DNA of 64,000 bases from an uncultured Solibacteraceae bacterium (GTDB taxonomy: Bacteria; Acidobacteriota; Terriglobia; Bryobacterales; Bryobacteraceae), in assembly GCA_964627045.1 (NCBI GenBank), contig CAZVIK010000001.1, positions 14,902-78,901 of the forward strand, written 5' to 3'. Shown here one piece after another: positions 36,479-46,183 of this stretch; position 1 is the first letter of the stretch; each line of letters starts with the position of its first letter. The notes beneath the pieces are model-generated. The model saw only the letters and a program-made list of their open reading frames with translations. It was not told the DNA's origin and did no database searches. Position numbers and translations under genes: made by a program.

Positions 36479-37488
36479 ATCGTAGAACTGTGTTGTCCGC
36501 CGGAGCGGTATGGGCGGCGGTCGCCCTCGCCGGATGCGGGAGGAAGAAATCTACGTTGCGGCGGCTCCGGGTCGCCCTGGTTCCGAGGTTCACATTGGCC
36601 CCGCTCTACCTGGCCGACGAGAAGGGGTACTTCGCGGCAGAGGGAATTGAGATGGAGCGGCTTCCCTTGTCGCAGGCCAACGAGGTGCTGCCAATGCTGG
36701 CAGCGGGAAAGGTGGATGTCGCGTTCACCTCCGTCGGCCCGGCGCTGATTAACGCCGTAGTCCGCGGTGCGCCCATCCGCGTCGTCGCGGCGCGCGACAT
36801 GGTGGTCCCCGGATGTACCACCGGCGGCACGGTCTTTGCCAGCGCCAAGGCGTTCCCCGATGGATTGAAAGACCTCCGCCCGCTTCGGGGCAAGCGCGTC
36901 GTTGTGAACAACAGCACCGGGGTGATGTCTTTTTTCCTCGACGAGTTACTCAAAGCCTCGGGAATGACGCGCAAGGACATCAAGATCGTGGGCCTGAGGT
37001 CTATGGATGGTGTGGCCGCGCTGCTGGGGGGCAAGGTGGACGCTCTCGTGGCGGCCAATCTGGACAAGGACCTCTCGCTGGTCAGTGCCAAGATCGTGAG
37101 AGGCGTCAGCTTTGCGGAACTGTCCCCGAATTTCCAATACACCTTCGTGCTCTTCGGGAAGGCGCTCGTCGAAGGCAACCGCCGTGACGGCGTCGGCTTC
37201 CTAAGGGCGTATCTGCGCGGGTTGCGTGGGTTTCAGTCGGGCGAGAGTCCGAAGTCCCTGGAGGATCTGGCGCTGGCGGCGCACTCGGACCCCGGGGCGG
37301 TGCAGGAAGCCTGCCGCCAGGGATTCGCCGGCGATGGCATCGTGAATCCCGGCGACGTCGAGCGGCTGGTGAATTGGGCCGTGGCGGGCGGCTTCTGTGA
37401 GAAGGCGCCGCCTCTGGACCGGCTGTTGGACAACACCATGGTGCAGGAGGCGTACTTGTCTCTCCGGGAGGACGGGAAACGACGATGA
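36475..37488 (+). CDS. ABC transporter substrate-binding lipoprotein (NMT1/THI5-like, TauA/SsuA class)
   Basis: ATGA overlap with the preceding gene. Has a lipobox (VALAGCG) and the block LAPLYLADEKGYFAAEGIEMERLPLSQANEVLPMLAAGKVDVAF, typical of this SBP class. Confidence 0.8.
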   Translation: MNRRTVLSAGAVWAAVALAGCGRKKSTLRRLRVALVPRFTLAPLYLADEKGYFAAEGIEMERLPLSQANEVLPMLAAGKVDVAFTSVGPALINAVVRGAPIRVVAARDMVVPGCTTGGTVFASAKAFPDGLKDLRPLRGKRVVVNNSTGVMSFFLDELLKASGMTRKDIKIVGLRSMDGVAALLGGKVDALVAANLDKDLSLVSAKIVRGVSFAELSPNFQYTFVLFGKALVEGNRRDGVGFLRAYLRGLRGFQSGESPKSLEDLALAAHSDPGAVQEACRQGFAGDGIVNPGDVERLVNWAVAGGFCEKAPPLDRLLDNTMVQEAYLSLREDGKRR

Positions 37489-40400
37489 CGTGGCGCGGAA
37501 TCGTGTTGGCGTGTTTGGCGGTGGCGCCCCTGATGGCGCAGACCTCCGGGTCGGTCGAGGGGATCGTGCGGGACCCCAGCGGAGCCGTGGTCCCGGGCGC
37601 GCGGGTGATGGTGGTGGAGGAGGCCACCGCCGCGCCACGGCTGGCGGTAACGGATTCTGCCGGCCGCTTCCAGGTGCCGCGTCTTGCGCCGGGAACCTAC
37701 GAGATCACCGTCGGCCGCGCCGGGTTCCGCGACCAGTCTCAATCCGGCGTCCACGTCGAATCCGGCGCCTCGGCGCGGGCCGATTTCTCCCTCGTGCTCG
37801 AGGGATACCGCGACCAGGTGGCCGTCTCGGCGGAAGCCATATTGATCGACGCGACTCCGTCGGGGGCCGCCAGCTTTGTGCGCCAGCAGCAACTGGAGGA
37901 CCTGCCGGTGGCCGGCCGCGACGTCTTTGAACTGGCGGCGCAACAGCCTGGGGTTCTGTTCGTGAGGAACGCCGACCAAAGTGTGACGCGCGGGCAGGGG
38001 CCCAAGTTCTCGGTGCATGGCGTGCGCCCTTCGCAGAACGGTTTTTTGTTGGATGGGATTCCCATTAGCGATTCGGCCGGCTCGGTGGCGGCCAGCGCGG
38101 CTCAGGTGACCCTCGGCGTGGAGTCGATGCGCGAAGTGGTGATCGTCACCAGCCCGTTCAGCGCCGAGTATGGCCGTTCGGCGGGCGCGGTGTTCACGGC
38201 CGTAACCAAATCCGGTGGCAATCAGTGGCACGGCGCCGCCTATGAGTATTTCCGGAATGACGCCCTGGACGCCCGCAACTTCTTCGCTGACCCGGCCGAG
38301 GCGTCCCAGCCCTTCCGGCGCAACCAGTTCGGAGGGCTGCTCAGCGGGCCCCTTTACCGCAACCGCGCCTTTTTCCTCGTCAATTACGAGGCGATTCGGG
38401 AGACTCGCTCTTCCACGATGCGGCCCGTGGTCCCCGACGCTAATGCGAGAATCGGCCTGCTGCCGGCGGCAGGAGGAGCCAAGACCGTCGCCGTCGCTGC
38501 TGCGGTGAAGCCTTACCTGGATCTTTATCCGCTTCCTAACGGGAGGAACTTCGGGGACGGCACCGGGGAGTTCCTGCATCCCTCGGTGCGCGGTATGCGG
38601 GAGGACTACGTCAGTGGGAAGTTGGATCTCCTGCTGAGCCCAACCTTCCGTTTGGCCGGCCGCTACGCCTTCGACGATGCCGAGCAGAGCCAGCCGCAAC
38701 CGCTCGCCATCTGGAATTTCCTCACGGTGACTCAAAACCAGTTCGCCAGCGCCGAAATGCAGAACGTGTTGTCGCCCCGCACGGTCCACACCCTCCGTTC
38801 GGCCTTCAGCCGCGTGCCCGCGTCGGAGTTAGCCCGTCTGATGATCCAGGTTCCCGGCTCCCTTTCGTTCGTCCCCGGCCAGCCGCTTGGAGTAATCGCC
38901 GTCACCGGGCTCGCCGATATCGGGCCCTCGACCGTGCGGCAGCGCCCGCGGAGCCACATCCTGAACACCTATCAGGCGAATGACGATTTCGTGCACGTGC
39001 GCGGGCGCGACACGCTCAAGATCGGCGCCGGCTTGTACCGCATCCAATTCAACCAGGTAGCCGACTTCAGTGCCTGCGGGTACTACCAGTTCAACTCGCT
39101 CCAGGAGTTTTTGGCGGGTACCGCCCGCACGGCCGACGTCATGGTCCCCGGCTCGGATTCCCGCCGGGGCTGGCGCCAGACGCAGGGCTTTGTCTACTTC
39201 CAGCACGAGGTCCGCTGGCGGCCCGAGTTGAGCTTCGCTTACGGAATCCGCTTCGAATCGGCGAACACCCCGAGTGAGGTTAACGGGAAGGCATCCGCGC
39301 TGATCGACTACTTGGCCGACAGCGCCGTGACCGTCGGTGCGCCTCCCTATCGCAACCCTTCCGGCCGCACGCTGGCGCCGCGCGTGTCCGTCTCATGGGA
39401 CCCCTGGGGCAACGGACGCACAGTCGTCCGCGCCGGCGCCGGCATCTTCCAGGACCTGGTCGGCGTGCGCGACCTGATCGTCGCCGGCGGGCGCATGCCG
39501 CCGTTTTTCAGCCGCGTCTCGGTGACGCGCCCTACGTTCCCCAAACTCTTGGCGGCGATCCAGGGATCGGCGCCGTTAACCGCTCTGGATACCATCGACT
39601 ACAACTTGCAGCAACCCTACGTGGCGCAGTTCCAGCTATCCGTGGAACGGCAGATCGGCGGCGCCATGGTGGTGGGCGCCACCTACGCCGGCTCGCGCGG
39701 CGTCCACCTGATGAGTTTTGTCGGCAACGTCAACGCCACGCGGCCGCAATATCTTCCCGACGGTCGGATCTATCTCGCGGCGGACGCCGGACGGCTGAAT
39801 CCGGCGTTTTCGCAGATCGCCATGCGCCGAAGCCAGTTCGATTCCGTGCACCACGGTCTAACGTTGACCGTGCGCCGGCGGTGGCAGGGCGGGCTGGGAT
39901 TTCAGGCGAATTACCAGTGGGCCAAGTCGATCGACAACTCGTCTTCCACCATCACCAACGACTACTCCGGGACCGACTCGGTGCCGACCGTCTACGACTA
40001 CCGCGCCAATCGCGGCCCCTCGGACTTTGACCAGCGTGGAGTGCTTTCCGGGAACCTGTCCTGGGCGGTCCCCTCCGGACGCGGCGGCGGGTTGGCCCGT
40101 CTCTGGCACGGATGGGAGCTGCACGCGCTCGTGAGTGCGCAGACCGGCCTTCCGTTCGCACCCACCGTCGGATTTGACCGGGTGCGGCTGCTGACGACGC
40201 GGGTCGACTTGGGCCAGCGTCCCGACTACGCCGGATTCGGCCGGAAGGCCGTCCTCGGCGGGCCGGACCGGTATTTCGATCCCACCGTGTTCGCGTTGCC
40301 CGCGGCGGGTTACTTCGGAACCCTGGGGCGGAACACGCTGGTTGGGCCGGGCCTGTTCACAGTGGATGCCGCTCTCCATCGGACGCTCTTCCGCAACGAA

Positions 40401-40580
40401 CGCCAGAACCTGAGCCTCCGCGTCCAGGCGTTCAACCTGGCCAACCGCGCGAATTTCCGGCAGCCGTCCGGGCTCGCCCTGTTTGAGAGCACCGGAGAGC
40501 GGCTCGGGAGCGCCGGGAGGATCACAGAGACCGCCACCCCCTCCCGTCAACTGCAAATGGCCCTTCGATGGACGTTCTAG
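37485..40580 (+). CDS. TonB-dependent receptor-like outer-membrane barrel with N-terminal carboxypeptidase-regulatory-like domain
   Basis: ATGA overlap with the SBP gene. Has a signal peptide, a CarboxypepD_reg block (GIVRDPSGAVVPGARVMV...DSAGRFQVPRLAPGTYEITV), a plug-like region, a long beta-rich barrel and a terminal LRWTF. Confidence 0.85.
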   Translation: MTWRGIVLACLAVAPLMAQTSGSVEGIVRDPSGAVVPGARVMVVEEATAAPRLAVTDSAGRFQVPRLAPGTYEITVGRAGFRDQSQSGVHVESGASARADFSLVLEGYRDQVAVSAEAILIDATPSGAASFVRQQQLEDLPVAGRDVFELAAQQPGVLFVRNADQSVTRGQGPKFSVHGVRPSQNGFLLDGIPISDSAGSVAASAAQVTLGVESMREVVIVTSPFSAEYGRSAGAVFTAVTKSGGNQWHGAAYEYFRNDALDARNFFADPAEASQPFRRNQFGGLLSGPLYRNRAFFLVNYEAIRETRSSTMRPVVPDANARIGLLPAAGGAKTVAVAAAVKPYLDLYPLPNGRNFGDGTGEFLHPSVRGMREDYVSGKLDLLLSPTFRLAGRYAFDDAEQSQPQPLAIWNFLTVTQNQFASAEMQNVLSPRTVHTLRSAFSRVPASELARLMIQVPGSLSFVPGQPLGVIAVTGLADIGPSTVRQRPRSHILNTYQANDDFVHVRGRDTLKIGAGLYRIQFNQVADFSACGYYQFNSLQEFLAGTARTADVMVPGSDSRRGWRQTQGFVYFQHEVRWRPELSFAYGIRFESANTPSEVNGKASALIDYLADSAVTVGAPPYRNPSGRTLAPRVSVSWDPWGNGRTVVRAGAGIFQDLVGVRDLIVAGGRMPPFFSRVSVTRPTFPKLLAAIQGSAPLTALDTIDYNLQQPYVAQFQLSVERQIGGAMVVGATYAGSRGVHLMSFVGNVNATRPQYLPDGRIYLAADAGRLNPAFSQIAMRRSQFDSVHHGLTLTVRRRWQGGLGFQANYQWAKSIDNSSSTITNDYSGTDSVPTVYDYRANRGPSDFDQRGVLSGNLSWAVPSGRGGGLARLWHGWELHALVSAQTGLPFAPTVGFDRVRLLTTRVDLGQRPDYAGFGRKAVLGGPDRYFDPTVFALPAAGYFGTLGRNTLVGPGLFTVDAALHRTLFRNERQNLSLRVQAFNLANRANFRQPSGLALFESTGERLGSAGRITETATPSRQLQMALRWTF

Positions 40581-41380
40581 CGCGCAGCGCGGTGGAGGAA
40601 GGCGCCGGCGCTGGCGGGCCGGCCCGCTCCATCCCCGTGTTGACGTTTCACGCCATCGAGGATGCGCGCGACGTTACCGCCTTTCCTCCGGGGCTTTTTC
40701 GCGCCGGGCTGAAGGGCTTGGCGGCGAGGTCCCTGCGCGCGGAGCCGCTGGAATCGGTGGCGGCTCGCATCCGGCGCGGGGCGGGCTTCGCCGCGCGGAC
40801 TATGGCGCTCACTTTCGACGACGGCTACCGGTCGGTCTACACCGATGCGTTTCCGGTGTTGGCAAGCCTCGGCATGAGCGCGACTGTGTTTTTGTGCACG
40901 GGCCGCGATGCGGGCCCGCTCTCTGCCGGGCTTCCCTCCCTTGGCGGGCGGCCCATGCTGAGCTGGGGACAGATTCGCGAGATGCACCGCGCGGGGATCT
41001 CGTTCGGGGCTCACACGCTGACTCATCCGGACCTGACGCGGTTGGCTCCCCGCGAGATCGAGGTCGAAGTCCGCGAATCTCAGGCCCGGATTGAAGACGC
41101 CATTGGCGCGCCGGTGCGAGCGTTCGCCTACCCGTTCGGGCGTTTCAACCGCGCCTGCCTTGAGGTCGTCGGCCGGTACTTCGACGTAGCGTGTTCGGAC
41201 CGGCTCGGCTTGGTCCGCGCATCTTCGGATATCTTTGCGCTGCCGCGCGTGGACGCTTACTACCTGCGCTCGGAGCGGATGTTCGCGGGCGTGGCGTCGC
41301 GGTTTTTGGGTACTTACGTGGCGGCGCGCTCCTTGCCGCGGGGGTTGCGCCGCATGCTGATGAACTGCGTCGGAGGTTAG
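40568..41380 (+). CDS. polysaccharide deacetylase (NodB homology, CE4)
   Basis: Overlaps the barrel gene by 13 nt. Carries NodB motifs TFDDGYRS and AHTLTHPDL plus RAFAYPFG. Confidence 0.85.
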   Translation: MDVLARSAVEEGAGAGGPARSIPVLTFHAIEDARDVTAFPPGLFRAGLKGLAARSLRAEPLESVAARIRRGAGFAARTMALTFDDGYRSVYTDAFPVLASLGMSATVFLCTGRDAGPLSAGLPSLGGRPMLSWGQIREMHRAGISFGAHTLTHPDLTRLAPREIEVEVRESQARIEDAIGAPVRAFAYPFGRFNRACLEVVGRYFDVACSDRLGLVRASSDIFALPRVDAYYLRSERMFAGVASRFLGTYVAARSLPRGLRRMLMNCVGG

Positions 41381-41381
41381 C

Positions 41382-42635
41382 TTGGACCGCCCGCTTCGCT
41401 TCGCGATGGTCACGACATTCTACCCGCCATACTCGTTCGGCGGCGATGGGGTCTTCGTGAAGCGGTTGTCCCATGAGCTTGCGGCGCGCGGTCACCAGGT
41501 TACGGTGATCCACAACGCGGACGCCTTCCGCGTGCTTGCTGGGCGCGGCCCGGAAGGCGGATACGACGATCCCTCGAACGTCTCCGTGCAGGCCCTCCAA
41601 TCCCGGACTCCGGTGCTCAGCCTTCTGGCGGCCCACCAGACCGGGACTCCAGCCCTTTATGCGAGTGAACTGCGGCGGCTGCTCTCTCAAGACTTCGACG
41701 TCATCCACTTCCACAACGTCTCGCTGATGGGAGGCCCCGGCGTTCTGGCGCTGGGCGATGCGTTGAAGCTGTACACCATGCACGAGTACTGGCTGGTGTG
41801 CCCTACACACGGGCTGTTTCGCTTCGGCCGGACGCCATGTTCGAAAAGAATTTGTTCGCTGTGCACGCTATCCTACGGCCGGCCTCCCCAGCTCTGGCGC
41901 TACACAAACCGCCTGAACCATGCGGCAAGGCACGTCGACCTTTTCCTGGCGCCAAGCAGGTTTGTGGCGGCAAAACACGTTGAGCTCGGTCTAAAACGTC
42001 CGATCACCCACCTGCCGAACTTCACTCCCTCGCTGGAGAGCGCCATGCCGAGTGCCGCACCAAACCTCAGCGAGCCATACTTCCTTTTCGTTGGCCGCCT
42101 TGAGTGGCTGAAGGGCCTCCAGACGCTCATCCCGGTGTTTCGGCGATTCCAACGCGCTCAGTTGCGGATCGCCGGAGCCGGAAGCTGCGAGGCGCGCTTT
42201 CGAAGCCTGGCCCGAGATTGCCCGAACATCCAATTCCTTGGCTGGAAGAGCCGCGAGGAGCTTGCTCCTCTGCTTAGCGGGGCCATCGCTCTGATCTTCC
42301 CCTCGGTCAACTTCGAGACCTCCGGGCTGGTGACGTTGGAAGCCTTCAGCCAGGAGACACCGGTGCTCGGTCGCGACCTCGGTTCGCTTCCGGAGGCGAT
42401 CCGCGATAGTGGAGGCGGGTTTCAATACAGGAATGACGAAGAGCTGATTCATGCGATGGAGATGCTCTTGGACCGCCCTGGCCTCAGACGCTCCCTCGGC
42501 CAGAACGCGCGGGCTGCCTGGGCCCGGCTGTGGTCGCCCGAGGTCCACATGGAGCGTTACCTCGGATTGGTGAACGAACTCCTGGAACGCAGAACGGCCC
42601 ACCCGGGCGCCGCTGCGGGCGTCGCGTCTCCGTAG
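41382..42635 (+). CDS. glycosyltransferase family 4 (GT-B fold)
   Basis: The TTG at 41382 lies 1 nt after the CE4 stop, with GGAGG just upstream (alternative ATG at 41406). Has the N-terminal VTTFYPPYSFGGDG and a C-terminal EX7E motif (ETSGLVTLE). Confidence 0.85.
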   Translation: MDRPLRFAMVTTFYPPYSFGGDGVFVKRLSHELAARGHQVTVIHNADAFRVLAGRGPEGGYDDPSNVSVQALQSRTPVLSLLAAHQTGTPALYASELRRLLSQDFDVIHFHNVSLMGGPGVLALGDALKLYTMHEYWLVCPTHGLFRFGRTPCSKRICSLCTLSYGRPPQLWRYTNRLNHAARHVDLFLAPSRFVAAKHVELGLKRPITHLPNFTPSLESAMPSAAPNLSEPYFLFVGRLEWLKGLQTLIPVFRRFQRAQLRIAGAGSCEARFRSLARDCPNIQFLGWKSREELAPLLSGAIALIFPSVNFETSGLVTLEAFSQETPVLGRDLGSLPEAIRDSGGGFQYRNDEELIHAMEMLLDRPGLRRSLGQNARAAWARLWSPEVHMERYLGLVNELLERRTAHPGAAAGVASP

Positions 42636-42658
42636 GACGAAAGGACCCGCCCTTCGCC

Positions 42659-43459
42659 TCAGCCGGTCCGTTTCTGCGCCACCATGGCCCGCGTCGAACC
42701 CGTGGTGATTCCGCCGTCCACCAGCAGCGTCTGTCCCGTGATGTACTGGCAGGCGTCGGAGGCCAGGAACACGACCGCCCCCTCCAGGTCCGGCGGCTGA
42801 CCGTGACGCTTCAACGGAATGCGATCGACCAGGTAGGCCAGCCAGTCCGGATCTTCGTACAGGATGGCGTTCTGCGCGGTCTTGAACCACCCCGGCGCCA
42901 GGCAGTTTACCGTGATTCCATGCGGCCCCCAATCGTCGGCCAGGCTCATGGTCATCTGCTTGGTGCCGCCGCGGCTGGCGCAGTAGGCCGTGATGCCGGC
43001 GTAGCCGAACACGCTGGTCACCGAGCCGATGTTCACGATGCGGCCGTACTTCCGCGGGATCATCTTCTTCGCCACCGCCTGCGCCACGAAGAACGACCCG
43101 CGCAGGTTGGTGTCCAGCACCGTGTTCCAGTCCTCCCAGGTGACCTCCACGGCCGGCTTGCGCACGTTGCAGCCCGCGTTGTTGACCAGGATGTCGATCT
43201 TCCCGTAGTGCGCGTGCGCGGCCTCCACCATGCCCTGGATGCTCTCGTAGTCGCGCACGTTCAACTCAAGCGGCAGCGCCCTCCGGCCCATCTGCCGGAC
43301 CTCCTCGCAGAACGGTTCGAGCGACGCGAGCGTTCGGCTGGTCACGGCCAAGTCGGCTCCCGCTTTCGCCAGAGCCCTCGCCATGGCCTGCCCCAGACCG
43401 CGGCTGGCCCCAGTGACGATGGCGGCCTTCCCCGTCAGGTCGAATGGTGACGAACTCAA
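42659..43459 (-). CDS. SDR family oxidoreductase (KduD/gluconate 5-dehydrogenase-like)
   Basis: Has TGASRGLG cofactor motif, NNAG and the PG motif. The active-site Tyr segment reads YCASR instead of YxxSK. TTG start overlaps the DUF1080 stop (TTGA). Confidence 0.88.
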   Translation of the reverse strand: MSSSPFDLTGKAAIVTGASRGLGQAMARALAKAGADLAVTSRTLASLEPFCEEVRQMGRRALPLELNVRDYESIQGMVEAAHAHYGKIDILVNNAGCNVRKPAVEVTWEDWNTVLDTNLRGSFFVAQAVAKKMIPRKYGRIVNIGSVTSVFGYAGITAYCASRGGTKQMTMSLADDWGPHGITVNCLAPGWFKTAQNAILYEDPDWLAYLVDRIPLKRHGQPPDLEGAVVFLASDACQYITGQTLLVDGGITTGSTRAMVAQKRTG

Positions 43460-44298
43460 GATCCCTCCTGCCGGCCAATGCGCCGGATCCAGATGTTGCG
43501 AAACCGCACTGCCTGATTGTGGTCTTGCAGGCTGAGCGGTTCCTCCGCCCCGTGCGGCGTGTACTTCCCTACATTCCGCCAGACCGTCGTCCCGAGATAC
43601 GACCGGTGATCCTGCGCCAGCACGCCGTTGAAGAACAGCGTCACGGTCGCCGGCTTCACCACCTTGTCGCCCTCGAAACGCGGCGCTTCAAAGTAGATGT
43701 CGTAGACGTTCCACTCGCCCTGCGGGCGTGCGGGATTGACCATCGGCGGCCATACCCCATAGATCGAACCGGCCCCGCCGTCGGCGTAAGTCAGATTCGT
43801 GTGGCTCTCCAGGACCTGGATCTCGTAGCGCCCCATGAGTTCCACCCCGCTGTTCCCGCGGTCCTGACCCGTTCCCTGCGCCTCTTTGGGAACCATCCAC
43901 TCGATGTGCAGTTGGCAATCGCCGAACTTCTCTTTAGTGACCAGACGGCCCGTCTTGGGAACGATCTCGATGAAGCCGTTTTCCACCTTCCACCGCGGCT
44001 GCCCTGTTACGCCGCCTCTTCCCGCCGACACCCACTGGGAAAGGTCCTTCCCGTTGAACAGCACGATGGCGTCGGAGGGCGGCGCCGTGTAGGCCGGCGG
44101 ATGGCCCGGCGTCACCTTCACCGGCCGTGGTCGTTCGCTGTCGTGGACGCGCCATTTCTGGCCGGGAATGCGCGGCGTGTCGGTGTACCCGTCGACCGCG
44201 TCGCCCGCGAACTCCTGGGCGGGCTTGGGCGGCGCCGCGGCGGGTGGTTGCTGGGCCAGCAGCAGCGGCGCCAGCGCTGCAAGACAGAGCCGTTTCAT
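43456..44298 (-). CDS. DUF1080 (3-keto-disaccharide hydrolase-like) domain protein, secreted
   Basis: ATG at 44298 with GAGGTG SD, followed by a signal peptide (MKRLCLAALAPLLLAQQ). Carries DUF1080 blocks (WKVENGFIE, QLHIEWM, NSGVELMGRYEIQVLES, LQDHNQAVRFRNIWIR). Confidence 0.8.
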   Translation of the reverse strand: MKRLCLAALAPLLLAQQPPAAAPPKPAQEFAGDAVDGYTDTPRIPGQKWRVHDSERPRPVKVTPGHPPAYTAPPSDAIVLFNGKDLSQWVSAGRGGVTGQPRWKVENGFIEIVPKTGRLVTKEKFGDCQLHIEWMVPKEAQGTGQDRGNSGVELMGRYEIQVLESHTNLTYADGGAGSIYGVWPPMVNPARPQGEWNVYDIYFEAPRFEGDKVVKPATVTLFFNGVLAQDHRSYLGTTVWRNVGKYTPHGAEEPLSLQDHNQAVRFRNIWIRRIGRQEGS

Positions 44299-44461
44299 CT
44301 GTTCACCTCGTGGGTAGTCTATCGCAGTCGGACGCCGCCGGCGAGGACCTGACTCTGCCCCTTGACTTGGCCGTGCCATCCGCATACCCTGGATCTTTGC
44401 AATCGCTTGCGGCGCGGGGTCGGGCTTGATCCGGTTCCGGTCCGGCAAGCGGGAGACCTCT

Positions 44462-46177
44462 ATGCCAATGCCCCTCTGTTTTCTCGCCGGCGACGCTCCC
44501 TCCCGGCTGATCTCTCTGAGTTGGCTGGACCTGACGATCATCGCGATCTACTTCGTGGCCGTGCTGATCATCGGCTACTACCTCAAGGAGCGCGCCTCCA
44601 CCGGCGAGGACTTCTTCCTGGCGGGTCGCGAGATGACCGCCTGGGTGGCGGGCCTCAGCTTTCTCGCCGCCAACCTGGGCGCGCTCGAGTTGATGGGCTG
44701 GGCCGCGTCCGCCTACCAGTACGGCATCCTGGCCGCGCACTGGTACTGGGTGGGCGCCATTCCCGCGATGCTGCTGTTGGGCGTCGTGATGATGCCCTTC
44801 TATTACATCTGCAAGACGCACTCGGTGCCCGGCTACCTGCAACTCCGCTACGGTGAGGGCAGCCGCGGATTGGCGGCCGTCTCCTTCGGCCTCATGACTG
44901 TGCTGATGAGCGGCATCAATATGTACGCCATGGCGCTGGTGATGAAGGTGGTCCTCGGCTGGGACATCAACTTCAGCATCTGGGTCTCGTCGATCACCGT
45001 GGCCATCTACGTGGCCCTGGGCGGCCTGCGGTCGGCCATCTTCAACGAAGTTCTCCAGTTCGTGCTGATCTGGCTTGGCGCGCTGTTGATCCCCATTCTC
45101 GGCCTGATCGAAGCGGGCGGCTGGAGCGGGTTGCAGGCGCGCATCGCCGCGAACTTCCCCGGTGTCGACTACACGCACCTGTGGCGCACCATGGGCTCGT
45201 TCGCCGACAACCCCATGGGTATCCACTGGACCGGCATCGTCTTCGGTCTGGGATGGGCCATCTCTTGCGGGTATTGGACGACGGATTTCCTGGTGGTGCA
45301 GCGCGTGCTCGCCGCCAAGGACCTGCGCTCGGCCAAAATGGCTCCCATCATCGGCGCGGGCTTCAAGATGATGGTGCCGATCATCGTCATTCTGCCCGGC
45401 CTGTTGGGTCTGGCGCTGCTGCCGATGCAGCTGGTCGGCGAGGATATGGCCGTCGCCACCGGCGGACACAGCTACAACGAGGTGCTTCCGCTGATGCTGG
45501 CCCGCTACTGCGGTCCGGGCCTCCTCGGTCTGGGCATCACCGCGCTGATCGCCGGCTTCATGTCGGGCATGGCGGGCAACGTCAGCGCCTTCTCTACCGT
45601 CTGGACCTACGACATCTACCGCGCCTATTTCAAGAAGGACGCCGCCGACGCGCACTACGTCAGCATGGGCCGCTGGTGCACCATTCTCGGGGTCCTGGTG
45701 AGCATCGGCACCGCCTACCTGGTGATGGAATTCAAGAGCATCATGGATTACGTCCAGGCGCTGTTCAGTTTCTTCATCGCTCCGCTGCTCGGCACGGTCA
45801 CTCTTGGCATGTTCTGGAAGCGCGCCACCAAGGCGGCGGGATTCTGGGGCCTGCTCACGGGCACCGTATCCTCCATCGCCATGTGGGCCTGGGTGAAACT
45901 CGATCACTCGGCGCTTTCGATCATCGCCCTCTCGCCCGACGCCAAGGACATGGCCGAAAACATGTACCGTGCGCTCTGGTCGTCGACCATTTGTATTTTG
46001 GTGACGATCGTGGTGAGTTACATGACCAAGCCCAAGCCGGACAGCGAACTGGTAGGCCTGGTCTATAGCTGCACCAAGGTCCCCTCGGAAGGCCACCTGC
46101 CGCTGCTCGAGCGGCCGATCTTCTGGGCGGGCGTTGTGGCGGCGGTGTTCGTGGTTCTCCAGATTATCTTCTGGTAG
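44462..46177 (+). CDS. sodium:solute symporter family transporter (SGLT-like)
   Basis: About 571 aa and polytopic (about 13-14 TM). Carries SSS blocks (DFFLAGREM, GLRSAIFNEVLQ, WYWVGAIPAM). Confidence 0.9.
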   Translation: MPMPLCFLAGDAPSRLISLSWLDLTIIAIYFVAVLIIGYYLKERASTGEDFFLAGREMTAWVAGLSFLAANLGALELMGWAASAYQYGILAAHWYWVGAIPAMLLLGVVMMPFYYICKTHSVPGYLQLRYGEGSRGLAAVSFGLMTVLMSGINMYAMALVMKVVLGWDINFSIWVSSITVAIYVALGGLRSAIFNEVLQFVLIWLGALLIPILGLIEAGGWSGLQARIAANFPGVDYTHLWRTMGSFADNPMGIHWTGIVFGLGWAISCGYWTTDFLVVQRVLAAKDLRSAKMAPIIGAGFKMMVPIIVILPGLLGLALLPMQLVGEDMAVATGGHSYNEVLPLMLARYCGPGLLGLGITALIAGFMSGMAGNVSAFSTVWTYDIYRAYFKKDAADAHYVSMGRWCTILGVLVSIGTAYLVMEFKSIMDYVQALFSFFIAPLLGTVTLGMFWKRATKAAGFWGLLTGTVSSIAMWAWVKLDHSALSIIALSPDAKDMAENMYRALWSSTICILVTIVVSYMTKPKPDSELVGLVYSCTKVPSEGHLPLLERPIFWAGVVAAVFVVLQIIFW

Positions 46178-46183
46178 GCGGTT

